Shown here one piece after another: positions 46,589 to 58,585 of a stretch of DNA of 64,000 nt (positions are counted from its first letter, which is position 1; every line of letters begins with the position of its first letter). Made by a program: the position numbers and the translations under genes. Below the pieces are notes generated by a model. It ran no database searches and was not told the DNA's origin. It saw only the letters and a program-made list of their open reading frames with translations. Source of the stretch: Bradyrhizobiaceae bacterium. Lineage in GTDB: Bacteria > Pseudomonadota > Alphaproteobacteria > Rhizobiales > Xanthobacteraceae. The stretch is taken from positions 376,574 to 440,573 of the forward strand of contig CP078014.1 in NCBI GenBank assembly GCA_020544565.1, given 5' to 3'.

Positions 46589-46867
46589 ATGCGCGTGGTG
46601 CGGGTTGCGATGCTGATTGCGGTGATGACAGGTCCTCTGGCTGCGCCGGCATTCGCGCAGTTTACGCCGGGCTTCAAACTCGGTGAGGAGAAGTACCGCT
46701 CGGAGGAGGAGATCGCGCGCGCGAAGGAGAACGAGGACGCCGCCAAGGCCGCGCGCGCCAAAATTCCCGACGCCAAGCAAAACGCGGACCCGTGGGCCAC
46801 GGTACGCCCCGAAACGTCGGCCAAGCCCAAGGGCAAGAGCACCGCGAAATCGACGGCGGTGAAGTAG
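46589..46867 (+). CDS. Small exported hypothetical protein
   Basis: Signal peptide ending AFA-Q; ADPWATVR motif. Confidence 0.65.
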   Translation: MRVVRVAMLIAVMTGPLAAPAFAQFTPGFKLGEEKYRSEEEIARAKENEDAAKAARAKIPDAKQNADPWATVRPETSAKPKGKSTAKSTAVK

Positions 46868-46976
46868 GACCGCTGTCCGGCCGCGGCGTGTCGCCGCGAA
46901 GGGCGATAGGTAGGAGTTAACCGTTATGCCATGATTGGATTGCGCCCAGGCCCGCGGCCGGGGCAATCTTGGGCAT

Positions 46977-47052
46977 GACCCGGTGGCGGAATGGCTACGC
47001 AGGGGCGCCGCAAACGCTTCATATCCTGGTTCAAGTCCAGGCTGGGTCTCCA
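46977..47052 (+). tRNA. tRNA-Cys(GCA), atypical structure
   Basis: Acceptor GACCCGG/CTGGGTC, U73, encoded CCA, D-arm GCG/CGC with GG, T-arm CCTGG-TTCAAGT-CCAGG, anticodon GCA at 47010-47012. Confidence 0.85.
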
Positions 47053-47154
47053 AAATTCCGGGTCACGCATCCGATCCCCGACCGAACGGCGTCGCGGATG
47101 CGACAGGCCGAATTCCGCGCCGGAGGTGCAAATCCTCCCACGTTCTTCCCCATC

Positions 47155-47186
47155 AGCCGCCGGTTCGCTCGGACCGGCGGCTTTTT
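47155..47186. terminator. Terminator between tRNA and convergent permease
   Basis: agccgccggt-tcgctcgg-accggcggct-tttt. Confidence 0.75.
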
Positions 47187-47213
47187 GATGGGCGGGCCCA
47201 ACCGGCGCCGGGG

Positions 47214-49025
47214 TCAGAAGCGCCAGTAAAGCGGCACGATGAAAATGGTGACCAGGAGCCACCACACGGACAGCAGGAATCCGAATTTGGTGTAGTCGGA
47301 GAATTTGTACCCGCCGGGCCCCATCACCATCAGGTTCACCGGCGTGGCCACCGGCGTCAGCAGTGCGCCGTGAGAGCCGATGGCGACGCCGATGATGAAG
47401 GGCAACGGTGAGACGCCGATCTCCTGCGCGGTGGCGATCGCGATCGGGAAAAACAGGATCGCGGTCGCGGTATTGCTGATGACCGAGGTGACGGCGAGGG
47501 CGGCGAGGAACAGCCCGCCCAGCAGCGCCCGCGGACCGGCGTCGCCGAGAACGCCGATCAGCGTATCGGCGATCAGCCGTGCCGCTCCGGTCTCGGTCAT
47601 GGCCGCTCCGAGCGGGATCATGCCGCCGACCAGAAAGCACGTGTTCCAGTCGATGCCCTTGTAGGCTTGCGGAACGGTGAGGACGCCGAGCAGCACCATC
47701 AGTCCGGCGCAGACCAGCGCGGCAACGGCGCCGGGCACCCAGCCGGTCGCCAGCAGGACCACGAGCAAAGCGAGGATGGCCAGCGCTTCCTTGGCGCCGA
47801 GCCCGAGCGGCACCGCCTGCCGGCGAACCACATCGGGGGAATCGACCACCAGCACCTGCGGGTCGGCGAGATGCTTGTCGAGCGCCCCCCACGTCCCCTG
47901 CAGCAGCAGATGATCGCCGACGGCGAGCTTGTGCGGACCTTCGCCGACATCTTCGCCGCCGCGCTGCACCGCCAGCACCACGATGTCGCCGTCACGGGCG
48001 GCCATTCCCGCAAACGCCGTCTGGCCGATCAGTTTCGAGCGCGGTGGAATCACGACTTCCGCGAGGCCCGAATTGCGGTTGAACAGCGTATCCGCCAGAC
48101 CGCCTTTTTCCTCCTCGGCGCGGAACGCCAGATGCTTGTCGGTGGCGAGGCGCGCCGCCGCGTGGGCGTCGCCGCGGATCAGCAGTGCGTCGCCCTCGGC
48201 GAGGGTGCCGCGCGACAGCGGCTTGCCGCCGTCGCCGTCCGCAATCGCCACCAGCGAGAGGCCATCATAGCCCTTGAGGTCGATCGCCTCGCGCGCCGCC
48301 CCCACATAGGACGACGACGACCGCACCCGCAGCCGATGCAATCCGTCCTCGATCTTGTATTGCTCGACCAGCGTCTGGGCATGGGCGCTGAAATCGGGCG
48401 GCAGGGTATCGCCATTGCGGTGCGGCAGCAGGAAGCGATAGGTCAGCAGGATCAGCACCATGGTGCCGATCAGCATCGGCACGCCGGCGACCGCGAATTC
48501 GAAGAATCCGATCGGCCCGAACCCGGCATCCTCGGAGGCGTGGGAGGCGAGCACGTTCAGCGGCGCGCCGATCAGGGTCAGCATGACGCCGCCGTGGGTG
48601 GCGAAGCACATCGGCAGCAGCAGTTGCGACGTCGGGATGTTGAGGCGGACCGCCAGCACCACGCAGAGCGGCAAGAGCGCGGCGACGGTGGCGTTGACGC
48701 TGATGGTGGCGCAGAACAATGCCGCGAGCAGCATGATCAGGATCATCAGGCGGTTGCGGCTTTCGCCGGCATGCTTGATGACGATCTGTCCGGCCCATGT
48801 GGTGATGCCGGACGCTTCGAGGCCCGCTGCGATCACGAACAGGGAGGCGATCAGGACGACGGTGAGGTCGCCGAAGCCGCCGAGCGCCCGACTGGCCGGG
48901 AGGAGGCCGGTGAAATACAGCGCCAGCGATACGCCGATGGCGACGGCGACGGCCGGGATACGCCCCCAGATGAAAAGTCCGAGCGCGACGATAATCATAA
49001 CAAAAGTAATGGTGGCCCCGCTCAC
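47214..49025 (-). CDS. SLC13/CitMHS-type permease with TrkA-C (RCK_C) domains
   Basis: GGVMLTLIGAPLN; ISNTATAILF; TPVATPVNLMVMGPGGYKFSDY; two soluble RCK_C-like inserts. Confidence 0.85.
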   Translation of the reverse strand: MSGATITFVMIIVALGLFIWGRIPAVAVAIGVSLALYFTGLLPASRALGGFGDLTVVLIASLFVIAAGLEASGITTWAGQIVIKHAGESRNRLMILIMLLAALFCATISVNATVAALLPLCVVLAVRLNIPTSQLLLPMCFATHGGVMLTLIGAPLNVLASHASEDAGFGPIGFFEFAVAGVPMLIGTMVLILLTYRFLLPHRNGDTLPPDFSAHAQTLVEQYKIEDGLHRLRVRSSSSYVGAAREAIDLKGYDGLSLVAIADGDGGKPLSRGTLAEGDALLIRGDAHAAARLATDKHLAFRAEEEKGGLADTLFNRNSGLAEVVIPPRSKLIGQTAFAGMAARDGDIVVLAVQRGGEDVGEGPHKLAVGDHLLLQGTWGALDKHLADPQVLVVDSPDVVRRQAVPLGLGAKEALAILALLVVLLATGWVPGAVAALVCAGLMVLLGVLTVPQAYKGIDWNTCFLVGGMIPLGAAMTETGAARLIADTLIGVLGDAGPRALLGGLFLAALAVTSVISNTATAILFFPIAIATAQEIGVSPLPFIIGVAIGSHGALLTPVATPVNLMVMGPGGYKFSDYTKFGFLLSVWWLLVTIFIVPLYWRF

Positions 49026-49095
49026 TGCTTCCTCCTGTTTGCCCCGGCTGTGAGTTCGGCGTGTGAATGATCACCCGCCGCAAGAGCCGCTGATC

Positions 49096-49200
49096 CGGAG
49101 CCTTGTGCCCGTGATGGAATCAGAGGCGGGGCTTCCTGTTTTATTTTATTGCTTTTCCTTCAAGCGAAGCGGAATCCGCTTCGCTTGAAGACGCTTTGAA
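49096..49200 (-). repeat. Degenerate copy of the 10037-10143 RIME/Bru-RS-like element
   Basis: Reverse complement aaagcgtcttcaagcgaagcggattccgcttcgcttgaaggaaaagc...gattccatca...aaggctcc aligns with the first copy. Confidence 0.7.
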
Positions 49201-49215
49201 CAATCATTGCCCACG

Positions 49216-50445
49216 TCACTCGGGATCGACGGACGTCGCGCGGTAACCCTGGGCGACAATCGCCTTGAGCAGCGCCTCGGTCTGCTTCGGGCCCGGCGTT
49301 TCCACCAGCAGCTCCAGCTCGGTTTCCCGGTAGGCCGCCGAGTTGAACGCGCGCCCGTGATGGACATCGAGAATATGCGCCGATTCGGCGGCGGCGAGAG
49401 CGGCAATCTTGGTGAGGCTGTCCGGCCGGTCGGGGACGATGACGTGCAGCTTGGCGAGCCGGCCGTCGCGCGCCATCCCGCGGGCAAGGATGTTCTTGAG
49501 GAAGGTGGTGTCGATGTTGCCGCCGGTGAGAATGACGCAGACGGACTTCCCCGCGATCCCGGAAATCTTGCCGTTGAGCAGCGCCGCGACGCCGGCGGCG
49601 CCGGAGCCCTCGGTCACCGTCTTCTCCGATTCCAGCAGCACCAGCACGGCCTGGGCGATCTCGTCCTCGGTGACGGTGACGATCTCGTCGACATACTTGG
49701 CGACGATCGGGAAGGTATATTCGCCGGGGCGGCCGACGGCGATGCCGTCAGCGATCGTCGAGCCCGACACCGAGGTGATCTTTCCGGCGTCAACGCTCGC
49801 CTTCATGCTGGCGATGTTCTCGGCCTGCACGCCGACGATGCGCAGGCTCGGATTCACCTCCTTGAGGGCGACGGCCATGCCGGCGGCGAGGCCGCCGCCG
49901 CCGATCGGCACCACGAACACTTCGAGATACGGATTGTATTCCATCAGTTCGAGGCCGATGGTCCCCTGGCCGGCGATCACCCGCGGATCGTCGAACGCAT
50001 GGATGAAGGTGTAACCCTTCTCCTTCTGCAATTCGGTCGCCCGCCCGAAGGCATCGTCATAGCCGTTGCCGTGCAGGACGATGTCGGCGCCGTATTGCCG
50101 GGTTCCGCGCAGCTTGGCGATCGGCGCCGTCTCCGGCATCACGATGGTGGCGTGGACGTTGTTGCACTGGGCGGCGTAGGCCAGTCCCTGGGCGTGGTTG
50201 CCGGCGGAGGCGGCGATCACTCCGGCCTTCTTGTGGGCGTCGTCGAGGCTGAGGACGGCGTTCATCGCGCCGCGATCCTTGTAGGCGCCGGTACGCTGCA
50301 GGTTCTCCATCTTCAGAAACAGCTTGCAGCCGAGCTGGCTGCTCAGCCGGGGCGATTCCGTGCACGGCGACAGGTTGACGAATTCCCGGATCCGGGTCCG
50401 GGCCTCCTTGACGTCATTCAGGGTCACAGAAATGGGCGCGGACAT
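49216..50445 (-). CDS. ilvA: Threonine ammonia-lyase (medium form, C-terminal ACT domain; TdcB/IlvA family)
   Basis: KMENLQRTGAYKDRGA (PLP Lys), ASAGNHAQG, PIGGGGL, TGGNID; VPDRPDSL ACT domain. Confidence 0.92.
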   Translation of the reverse strand: MSAPISVTLNDVKEARTRIREFVNLSPCTESPRLSSQLGCKLFLKMENLQRTGAYKDRGAMNAVLSLDDAHKKAGVIAASAGNHAQGLAYAAQCNNVHATIVMPETAPIAKLRGTRQYGADIVLHGNGYDDAFGRATELQKEKGYTFIHAFDDPRVIAGQGTIGLELMEYNPYLEVFVVPIGGGGLAAGMAVALKEVNPSLRIVGVQAENIASMKASVDAGKITSVSGSTIADGIAVGRPGEYTFPIVAKYVDEIVTVTEDEIAQAVLVLLESEKTVTEGSGAAGVAALLNGKISGIAGKSVCVILTGGNIDTTFLKNILARGMARDGRLAKLHVIVPDRPDSLTKIAALAAAESAHILDVHHGRAFNSAAYRETELELLVETPGPKQTEALLKAIVAQGYRATSVDPE

Positions 50446-50511
50446 CGGCGGTTCTCCTCAAATCACATCAATCACATCGGTTCATGAATTCGGCGGTGCG
50501 GCGCGGAGCCC

Positions 50512-50889
50512 TTATCCCACCGCGGCAATGCATTCGATCTCGACCATCACATCGAGGGGCAGGCGGGCGACCTGGACCGTGGAGCGCGCCGGCGTGTGCT
50601 CGCCGAAGGCGCGCTGGTAGACGGCGTTCATCTTGGCAAATTCCTCGAGATTGCTCATGAACACGGTGGTCTTCATGACCTTCGACAGGTCGCTGCCTGC
50701 CTTGCGCAGCACCGCCGCCATACTGGTCAGCACCCGCTCGGTCTGCGCTTCAATTCCGCCGGACACCACCTGCATGCTGGCGGGATCCAGCGGGATCTGG
50801 CCCGAGCAGAAAACCATGCCGTTGTGAACGATCGCCTGACAGTAGGGGCCGATCGCCTTCGGTGCCTCATCGGTTGCAATTTTCTGCAT
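50512..50889 (-). CDS. ridA: RidA/TdcF family enamine-imine deaminase
   Basis: APKAIGPYCQA; SGQIPLDP; PARSTVQVARLP; VEIECIA. Confidence 0.93.
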   Translation of the reverse strand: MQKIATDEAPKAIGPYCQAIVHNGMVFCSGQIPLDPASMQVVSGGIEAQTERVLTSMAAVLRKAGSDLSKVMKTTVFMSNLEEFAKMNAVYQRAFGEHTPARSTVQVARLPLDVMVEIECIAAVG

Positions 50890-50942
50890 TTCTCTTCCCA
50901 GCCTCTTCTTTTGCCCGACAGCCTATCGACGGGCGTTGCATG

Positions 50943-51800
50943 TCAAAATACCGACAGACCGCGATTGCGGAATTGTTCGCGGACGCGCTCGGTCAGCTCG
51001 TTGGACGGCGGCTCGGCATGCTCCAGCGGATAGGGGATGCCGAGTTCGTGGTATTTCGCGAGTCCCATCTGGTGAAAACGCAGGATCTCCACCCGTTGCA
51101 GCGAGCGGATGCCCGTGCAGATATCGGCGACCTGCTCGACATTGTCGTAGGCGTCGGTCAGGCCCGGGACCAGCACGAAGCGCACCCAGATCGGCCGGTT
51201 AAGATCGGACAGCCGGCGCGCGTAGTCCAGCGTCGGCTGCAGCGGATGACCGGTGACGAGCCGATAGGTGTCCTCGTTGCCGGATTTGATGTCGAGCAAC
51301 TGCAGATCGATGTCGTTGAGTTGGGCATCGCTCAGCCGGTGGCCGAGCCTGCCCGAGGTGTCGAGGCAGGTGTGCAGCCCCAAGGCCTTGCAGCGGTTGA
51401 AAATCTTCGTCGCGAAGTCGCGCTGGACGACGGGCTCGCCGCCGGAAATGGTGACGCCGCCCTTGGAGATTTTGAGAACCTCGGTGTATTTACCGATCTT
51501 CTTCATCATCTCGCTGAGCTTGTAGGGCGTGCCGTTGTCTTTGTGCCACGTATCGGGGTTGTGGCAATACTGGCAGCGCAGCGGGCATCCGGTGAGGAAG
51601 ACGACAAGGCGGATGCCGGGGCCGTCGACCGTGCTTCCCACCTCGATGGAATGCACGTAGCCGACGGGATCGTCCTCGCTTTTATCGGTATCCGCATCGG
51701 TCGGATAGACGTCGTAATACGACTTCGCCGCCTTGGTCTCGGCCGCGCCGAGTTCGGAGACATGCAGTTCGTAACGGCTACTGACGATGGGATCGTGCAC
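50943..51800 (-). CDS. pflA: Pyruvate formate-lyase activating enzyme (radical SAM)
   Basis: GSTVDGPGIR; CPLRCQYCHNPDTW; GGVTISGGEP; roughly 45-aa N-terminal extension. Confidence 0.95.
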   Translation of the reverse strand: MHDPIVSSRYELHVSELGAAETKAAKSYYDVYPTDADTDKSEDDPVGYVHSIEVGSTVDGPGIRLVVFLTGCPLRCQYCHNPDTWHKDNGTPYKLSEMMKKIGKYTEVLKISKGGVTISGGEPVVQRDFATKIFNRCKALGLHTCLDTSGRLGHRLSDAQLNDIDLQLLDIKSGNEDTYRLVTGHPLQPTLDYARRLSDLNRPIWVRFVLVPGLTDAYDNVEQVADICTGIRSLQRVEILRFHQMGLAKYHELGIPYPLEHAEPPSNELTERVREQFRNRGLSVF

Positions 51801-51807
51801 GCGTCAC

Positions 51808-54066
51808 CTATCTTGAACCATGGAAGGTGCGGCTGAGAATATCGATCTGCTGCTCCCGCGTCAGCTTGACGAAGTTCACCGCATAGCCGGACACGCGCAC
51901 CGTGAGCTGCGGATAGTCGTCGGGGTTTTCCATGGCGTCGCGCAGCGTGTCGCGATTGAGCACGTTCAAGTTGGCGTGGAAGCCGGTGGAGGCGAAATAG
52001 GCGTCGAGCCCGTTCACCGCGCGCTCGATGCTTTCCTGCGGCGTGCCGAGCGCGGTCGGCAGCACGGAGATCGTGAGCGAGATGCCGTCCTCGGCATCGT
52101 CATAGGGCAATTTGGCGACCGACAGCATCGCGGCCATCCAGCCGTGGGTGTCGGCGCCATTGGACGGGTTGGCGCCGGGCGCGAACGGGACCCCGGAGCG
52201 GCGGCCGTCCGGTGAATTGCCGGTCTGCTTGCCGTAGACCACGTTCGAGGTGATGGTCAGAACCGACTGCGTGTGCACCGCGTCGCGATAGCTCGGATAG
52301 TGGCGGATCTTGCTCATCATCATCGAGGTGAGCATCTTGGCGATGTCGTCGGCGCGGTCGTCGTTGTTGCCGTATTTCGGGAAGTCGCCCTCGATGTCGT
52401 AATCGACGATCAGGCCGCGATCGTCGCGGATGCATTTCACCTTGGCGTATTTGATGGCCGAGAGGCTGTCGGCGACATGCGACAGGCCGGCGATGCCGCA
52501 GGCCAGCGTCCGCAGGATGTCGCGGTCGTGCAGCGCCATCTCCACGGCCTCGTAGCAGTATTTGTCGTGCATGTAGTGGATGATGTTGAGCGCGTTGACG
52601 TAGACCTTCGCCAGCCACTCCATCATGGTGTCGAAGCGCTCGAACACCTCGTCGTAGGTCAGCACGTCGCCTTCGATCGGGCGCAGCATGGGGCCGACCT
52701 GCTCGCCGGTCAATTCGTCGCGGCCGCCATTGATCGCTTAGAGCAGGGTCTTGAGCAGATTGACGCGCGCGCCGAAGAACTGCATCTGCTTGCCGACGGC
52801 CATTCCGGAGACGCAGCAGGCGATGGCGGCGTCGTCGCCGTATTTCGGGCGCAGCAGGTCGTCGGAAATGTACTGGATGGAGCTCGTGTCGTTGGAGACC
52901 CGCGCGGCGAACTGCTTGAAGCCCTCCGGCAGGCGCGGCGACCACCCCACGGTCAGGTTCGGCTCCGGGGCCGGGCCGAGCGTGTAGAGCGTGTTGAGAA
53001 TCCGGAAGCTCGTCTTGGTGACCAGCGTGCGTCCGTCGTCGCCCATGCCGGCGAGATATTCAGTCACCCAGGTGGGATCGCCCGAGAACAGCTCGTTATA
53101 GGCGGGAGAGCGCAGGAAGCGCACGATGCGGAATTTGATGACGAGATCGTCGATCAGCTCCTGGGCCTGCGACTCGGTGATCTTGCCCTCGCGCAGGTCG
53201 CGATCGAGATAGACATCGAGGAAGGTCGAGATCCGGCCGATCGACATCGCCGCGCCGTTCTGCTCCTTGATCGCCGCGAGATAGGCGAAATAGGTCCATT
53301 GCACGGCCTCGCGTCCGGTCGCGGCGGGCCCCGAGATGTCGTAGCCGTAGAGCTTCGCCATCTCCTTCATCTGTCCGAGCGACCTGAGCTGCTCGGACAA
53401 TTCCTCGCGCAGCCGGATGACCTCCTCGGTGGAGTGGCGCTCGTCGAGTTCGGCGTATTCGCGCTTCTTCTCCGCGATCAGGAAGTCCACGCCGTAGAGC
53501 GCCGGGCGGCGATAGTCGCCGATGATGCGGCCGCGGCCGTAAGCGCCCGGCAGGCCGGTGACAATGCCGGTGCTGCGGCACTTGCGGATTTCCGGCGTGT
53601 AGGCGTCGAAAACGCCGTCATTGTGGGTCTTGCAGTATTGCGTGAACACCTTGCTGATGGCGGGATCGGGCTCGAAGCCATAGGCTTTCAGGCTCGACTC
53701 GACGACCTTCCAGCCGCCCTTGGGCATGATGGCGCGCTTGAGCGGCGCATCGGTCTGCAGGCCGACGATCAGTTCGAGGTCCTTGTCGATATATCCGGGC
53801 CCGTGCGCGAGGATACAGGATGGCTCCTGCGACACGTCGAGCACGCCTTTCTCGCGCTCCTTGATGAGCAGCGGGAGCAGCTTGTCCCAGATCTTGCGGG
53901 TGCGCGGCGTGGCCTCGGCGGCGAACGAGGCGTCACCTTCATAAGGCGTGTAGTTGCGCTGGATGAAATCGCGCAGGTTGATCCGCGATTGCCACGGTCC
54001 GGCTTTGAAACCTCGCCAGGCGTTCTCGCGCTGGGCGGCGGAAGCGGTGTCAGTTTGAGCGTCCAA
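51808..54066 (-). pseudogene. pflB: Formate C-acetyltransferase (PflB/TdcE family) interrupted by one in-frame TAA at 52738-52740
   Basis: N-part has [23 protein letters not shown] and IACCVS; C-part has [11 protein letters not shown]; frame continuous across [13 protein letters not shown] where homologues have Tyr; start probably TTG 54066 after GGAGG (ATG 54081 alternative). Confidence 0.85.
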
Positions 54067-54351
54067 GGGAGCCTCCGTCATTCAAGCAAGCATTCAACAA
54101 GGCAAGCATTCGGTAAAGCAAGCAGTCAACAGAGCGAGCGCTTGCCGTCATTGTGCCGCGTGCCCGATCGCGTGGCACCCAATCTCGTCGTGTCGGGTCT
54201 CGTCGCGTCCGGTCTCGTCCGGTCTCGTCGTATGTACAGGAAAGCCGACTTTGCAGGGGCTGGCAATGATCCGCCATTCGAATGTGCACGATCGGGAGCC
54301 TGTCGCATACGATCATGCTGAACATACTTGCTCGAACAGGTCTCCGTCACC

Positions 54352-54365
54352 CTGACCTACATCAA
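54352..54365. promoter_or_regulatory. Candidate FNR/FixK box in the pfl / ATPase divergent region
   Basis: CTGAC-CTAC-ATCAA vs TTGAT-N4-ATCAA. Confidence 0.45.
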
Positions 54366-54763
54366 ATGACGCGCCCGCGAACATCAGGAGAGGCTCGCGA
54401 GGGTCGATGATTGTTTTATTTCGTTCAGATAGCAGAGTGACTGTTTGCTGTCAGGACATGCCGCGGCGCACGCGTGAAATTTAATGTTGGCGGCGCACTG
54501 CAGAAATGGCCCACGTTCGCCAGGCGCCCGCGGCGGACATACGAGGAATGGCCCGCAGTTTGGGGCGATTGCAACGATATATCCGGACACCACTGCGACG
54601 ATCGATCCTCCGCCCCGATCGGAAGATGGTCGCCTTCTGGATATTTTCCAGATTGTAAAACCCCTTGTCCGATGCATGATGCTGTCGTCCGAATGACGCT
54701 GCCTCCCGGCGTCCTTTTTCATCGTATATTTTTCCGGCACCCCCGAGAGCGGATAGTGAACCG

Positions 54764-57510
<2,747 letters not shown>

Positions 57511-57514
<4 letters not shown>

Positions 57515-57645
57515 CCGTCTCGCTGGTGTGGGGGTTCGCAGGTTCGCTAAGGAGCGCGCTGCAAAATGAGGCGAACTTCGGATTCAGGACACGAGGACAA
57601 CACATCCATATTGCGCCGACGCCGGAGCAGAGGGCACGACAATGA
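57511..57645 (+). CDS. 44-codon ORF coupled by ATGA overlaps to both neighbours
   Basis: ATG 57511 overlaps ATPase TGA; its TGA 57643-57645 overlaps the acyltransferase ATG; GGAGG upstream. Confidence 0.35.
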
Positions 57646-58583
57646 CGACGAAAACGTCCGACAATTATCGGAAACTGATCGATGCGGTGAAGGCGTTCCC
57701 GCCGATGCCGACCGCGGTGGCGCATCCTTGTGATGTGTCGTCGCTGGAGGGCGCGGTCGATGCCGCGCAGATGGGCATCATCGCACCGATCCTGGTCGGC
57801 CCGCGTCGCAAGATCGAGCAGGCCGCCAAGACGGCGAAGCTCGATATCTCGCCTTACGAGATCGTCGATGCCGAGCACAGCCACGAGGCTGCGGAGAAGG
57901 CGGTTCTGCTGATCCGGCAAGGTCGCGCCGAAATGCTGATGAAGGGATCGCTCAGCACCGACGAACTGCTGGGGGCGGTCGTCAAGAAGGACACCGGGCT
58001 GCGGACGGCGCGGCGGCTGAGCCATTGCTTCGTCATGGACGTGCCGAACTATCCGCACGTCCTGATCATCACCGACGCGGCGATCAACATCTTCCCAACT
58101 CTCGAGGACAAGGTCGACATCGTCCAGAACGCCATCGACCTCGCTCACGCGCTCAAGATCGAAAATCCGCATGTGGCGATCCTGTCGGCGATGGAGAAGG
58201 TCAATCCGAAGCTCCAGTCTACGGTCGAGGCTGCTGCGCTGTGCAAGATGGCCGATCGCGGCCAGATCAAGGGCGGCCTGCTCGATGGGCCGTTGGCGCT
58301 CGACAACGCCATCAGCCCCGAGGCGGCGCGGATCAAGGGCATCACCGGACCGGTCGCGGGGCATGCGCATATCCTGGTGGTGCCGGATCTCGAAGCCGGC
58401 AACGTGCTGGCGAAAAGCCTCAGCTTCCTGATGGCCGCGGAATCGGCCGGCGTGGTGCTCGGCGCGCGCGTTCCCATCACCCTGACCAGCCGTGCCGATT
58501 CCGTGCACAGCCGGCTCGCCTCCGCCGCCGTGGCGGCGCTGATCGCGCATCGGCGGCGGGAAAAAGCGGCGACGGGAGCCTAG
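57642..58583 (+). CDS. pta: Phosphate acetyl/butyryl-transferase (short PTA/PTB form)
   Basis: MLMKGSL; TDAAINIFP; LLDGPLALDNAIS; ILVVPDLEAGN; PITLTSRAD. Confidence 0.9.
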   Translation: MTTKTSDNYRKLIDAVKAFPPMPTAVAHPCDVSSLEGAVDAAQMGIIAPILVGPRRKIEQAAKTAKLDISPYEIVDAEHSHEAAEKAVLLIRQGRAEMLMKGSLSTDELLGAVVKKDTGLRTARRLSHCFVMDVPNYPHVLIITDAAINIFPTLEDKVDIVQNAIDLAHALKIENPHVAILSAMEKVNPKLQSTVEAAALCKMADRGQIKGGLLDGPLALDNAISPEAARIKGITGPVAGHAHILVVPDLEAGNVLAKSLSFLMAAESAGVVLGARVPITLTSRADSVHSRLASAAVAALIAHRRREKAATGA

Positions 58584-58585
58584 GG

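Noticed and set aside
47010-52740. Atypical tRNA as suppressor of the pfl TAA
   Set aside because: Anticodon GCA reads UGY and cannot pair with UAA
54636-54652. TCTGGA-N5-TCCAGA palindrome upstream of the ATPase
   Set aside because: Single short palindrome with no matching regulator or second copy; could be chance
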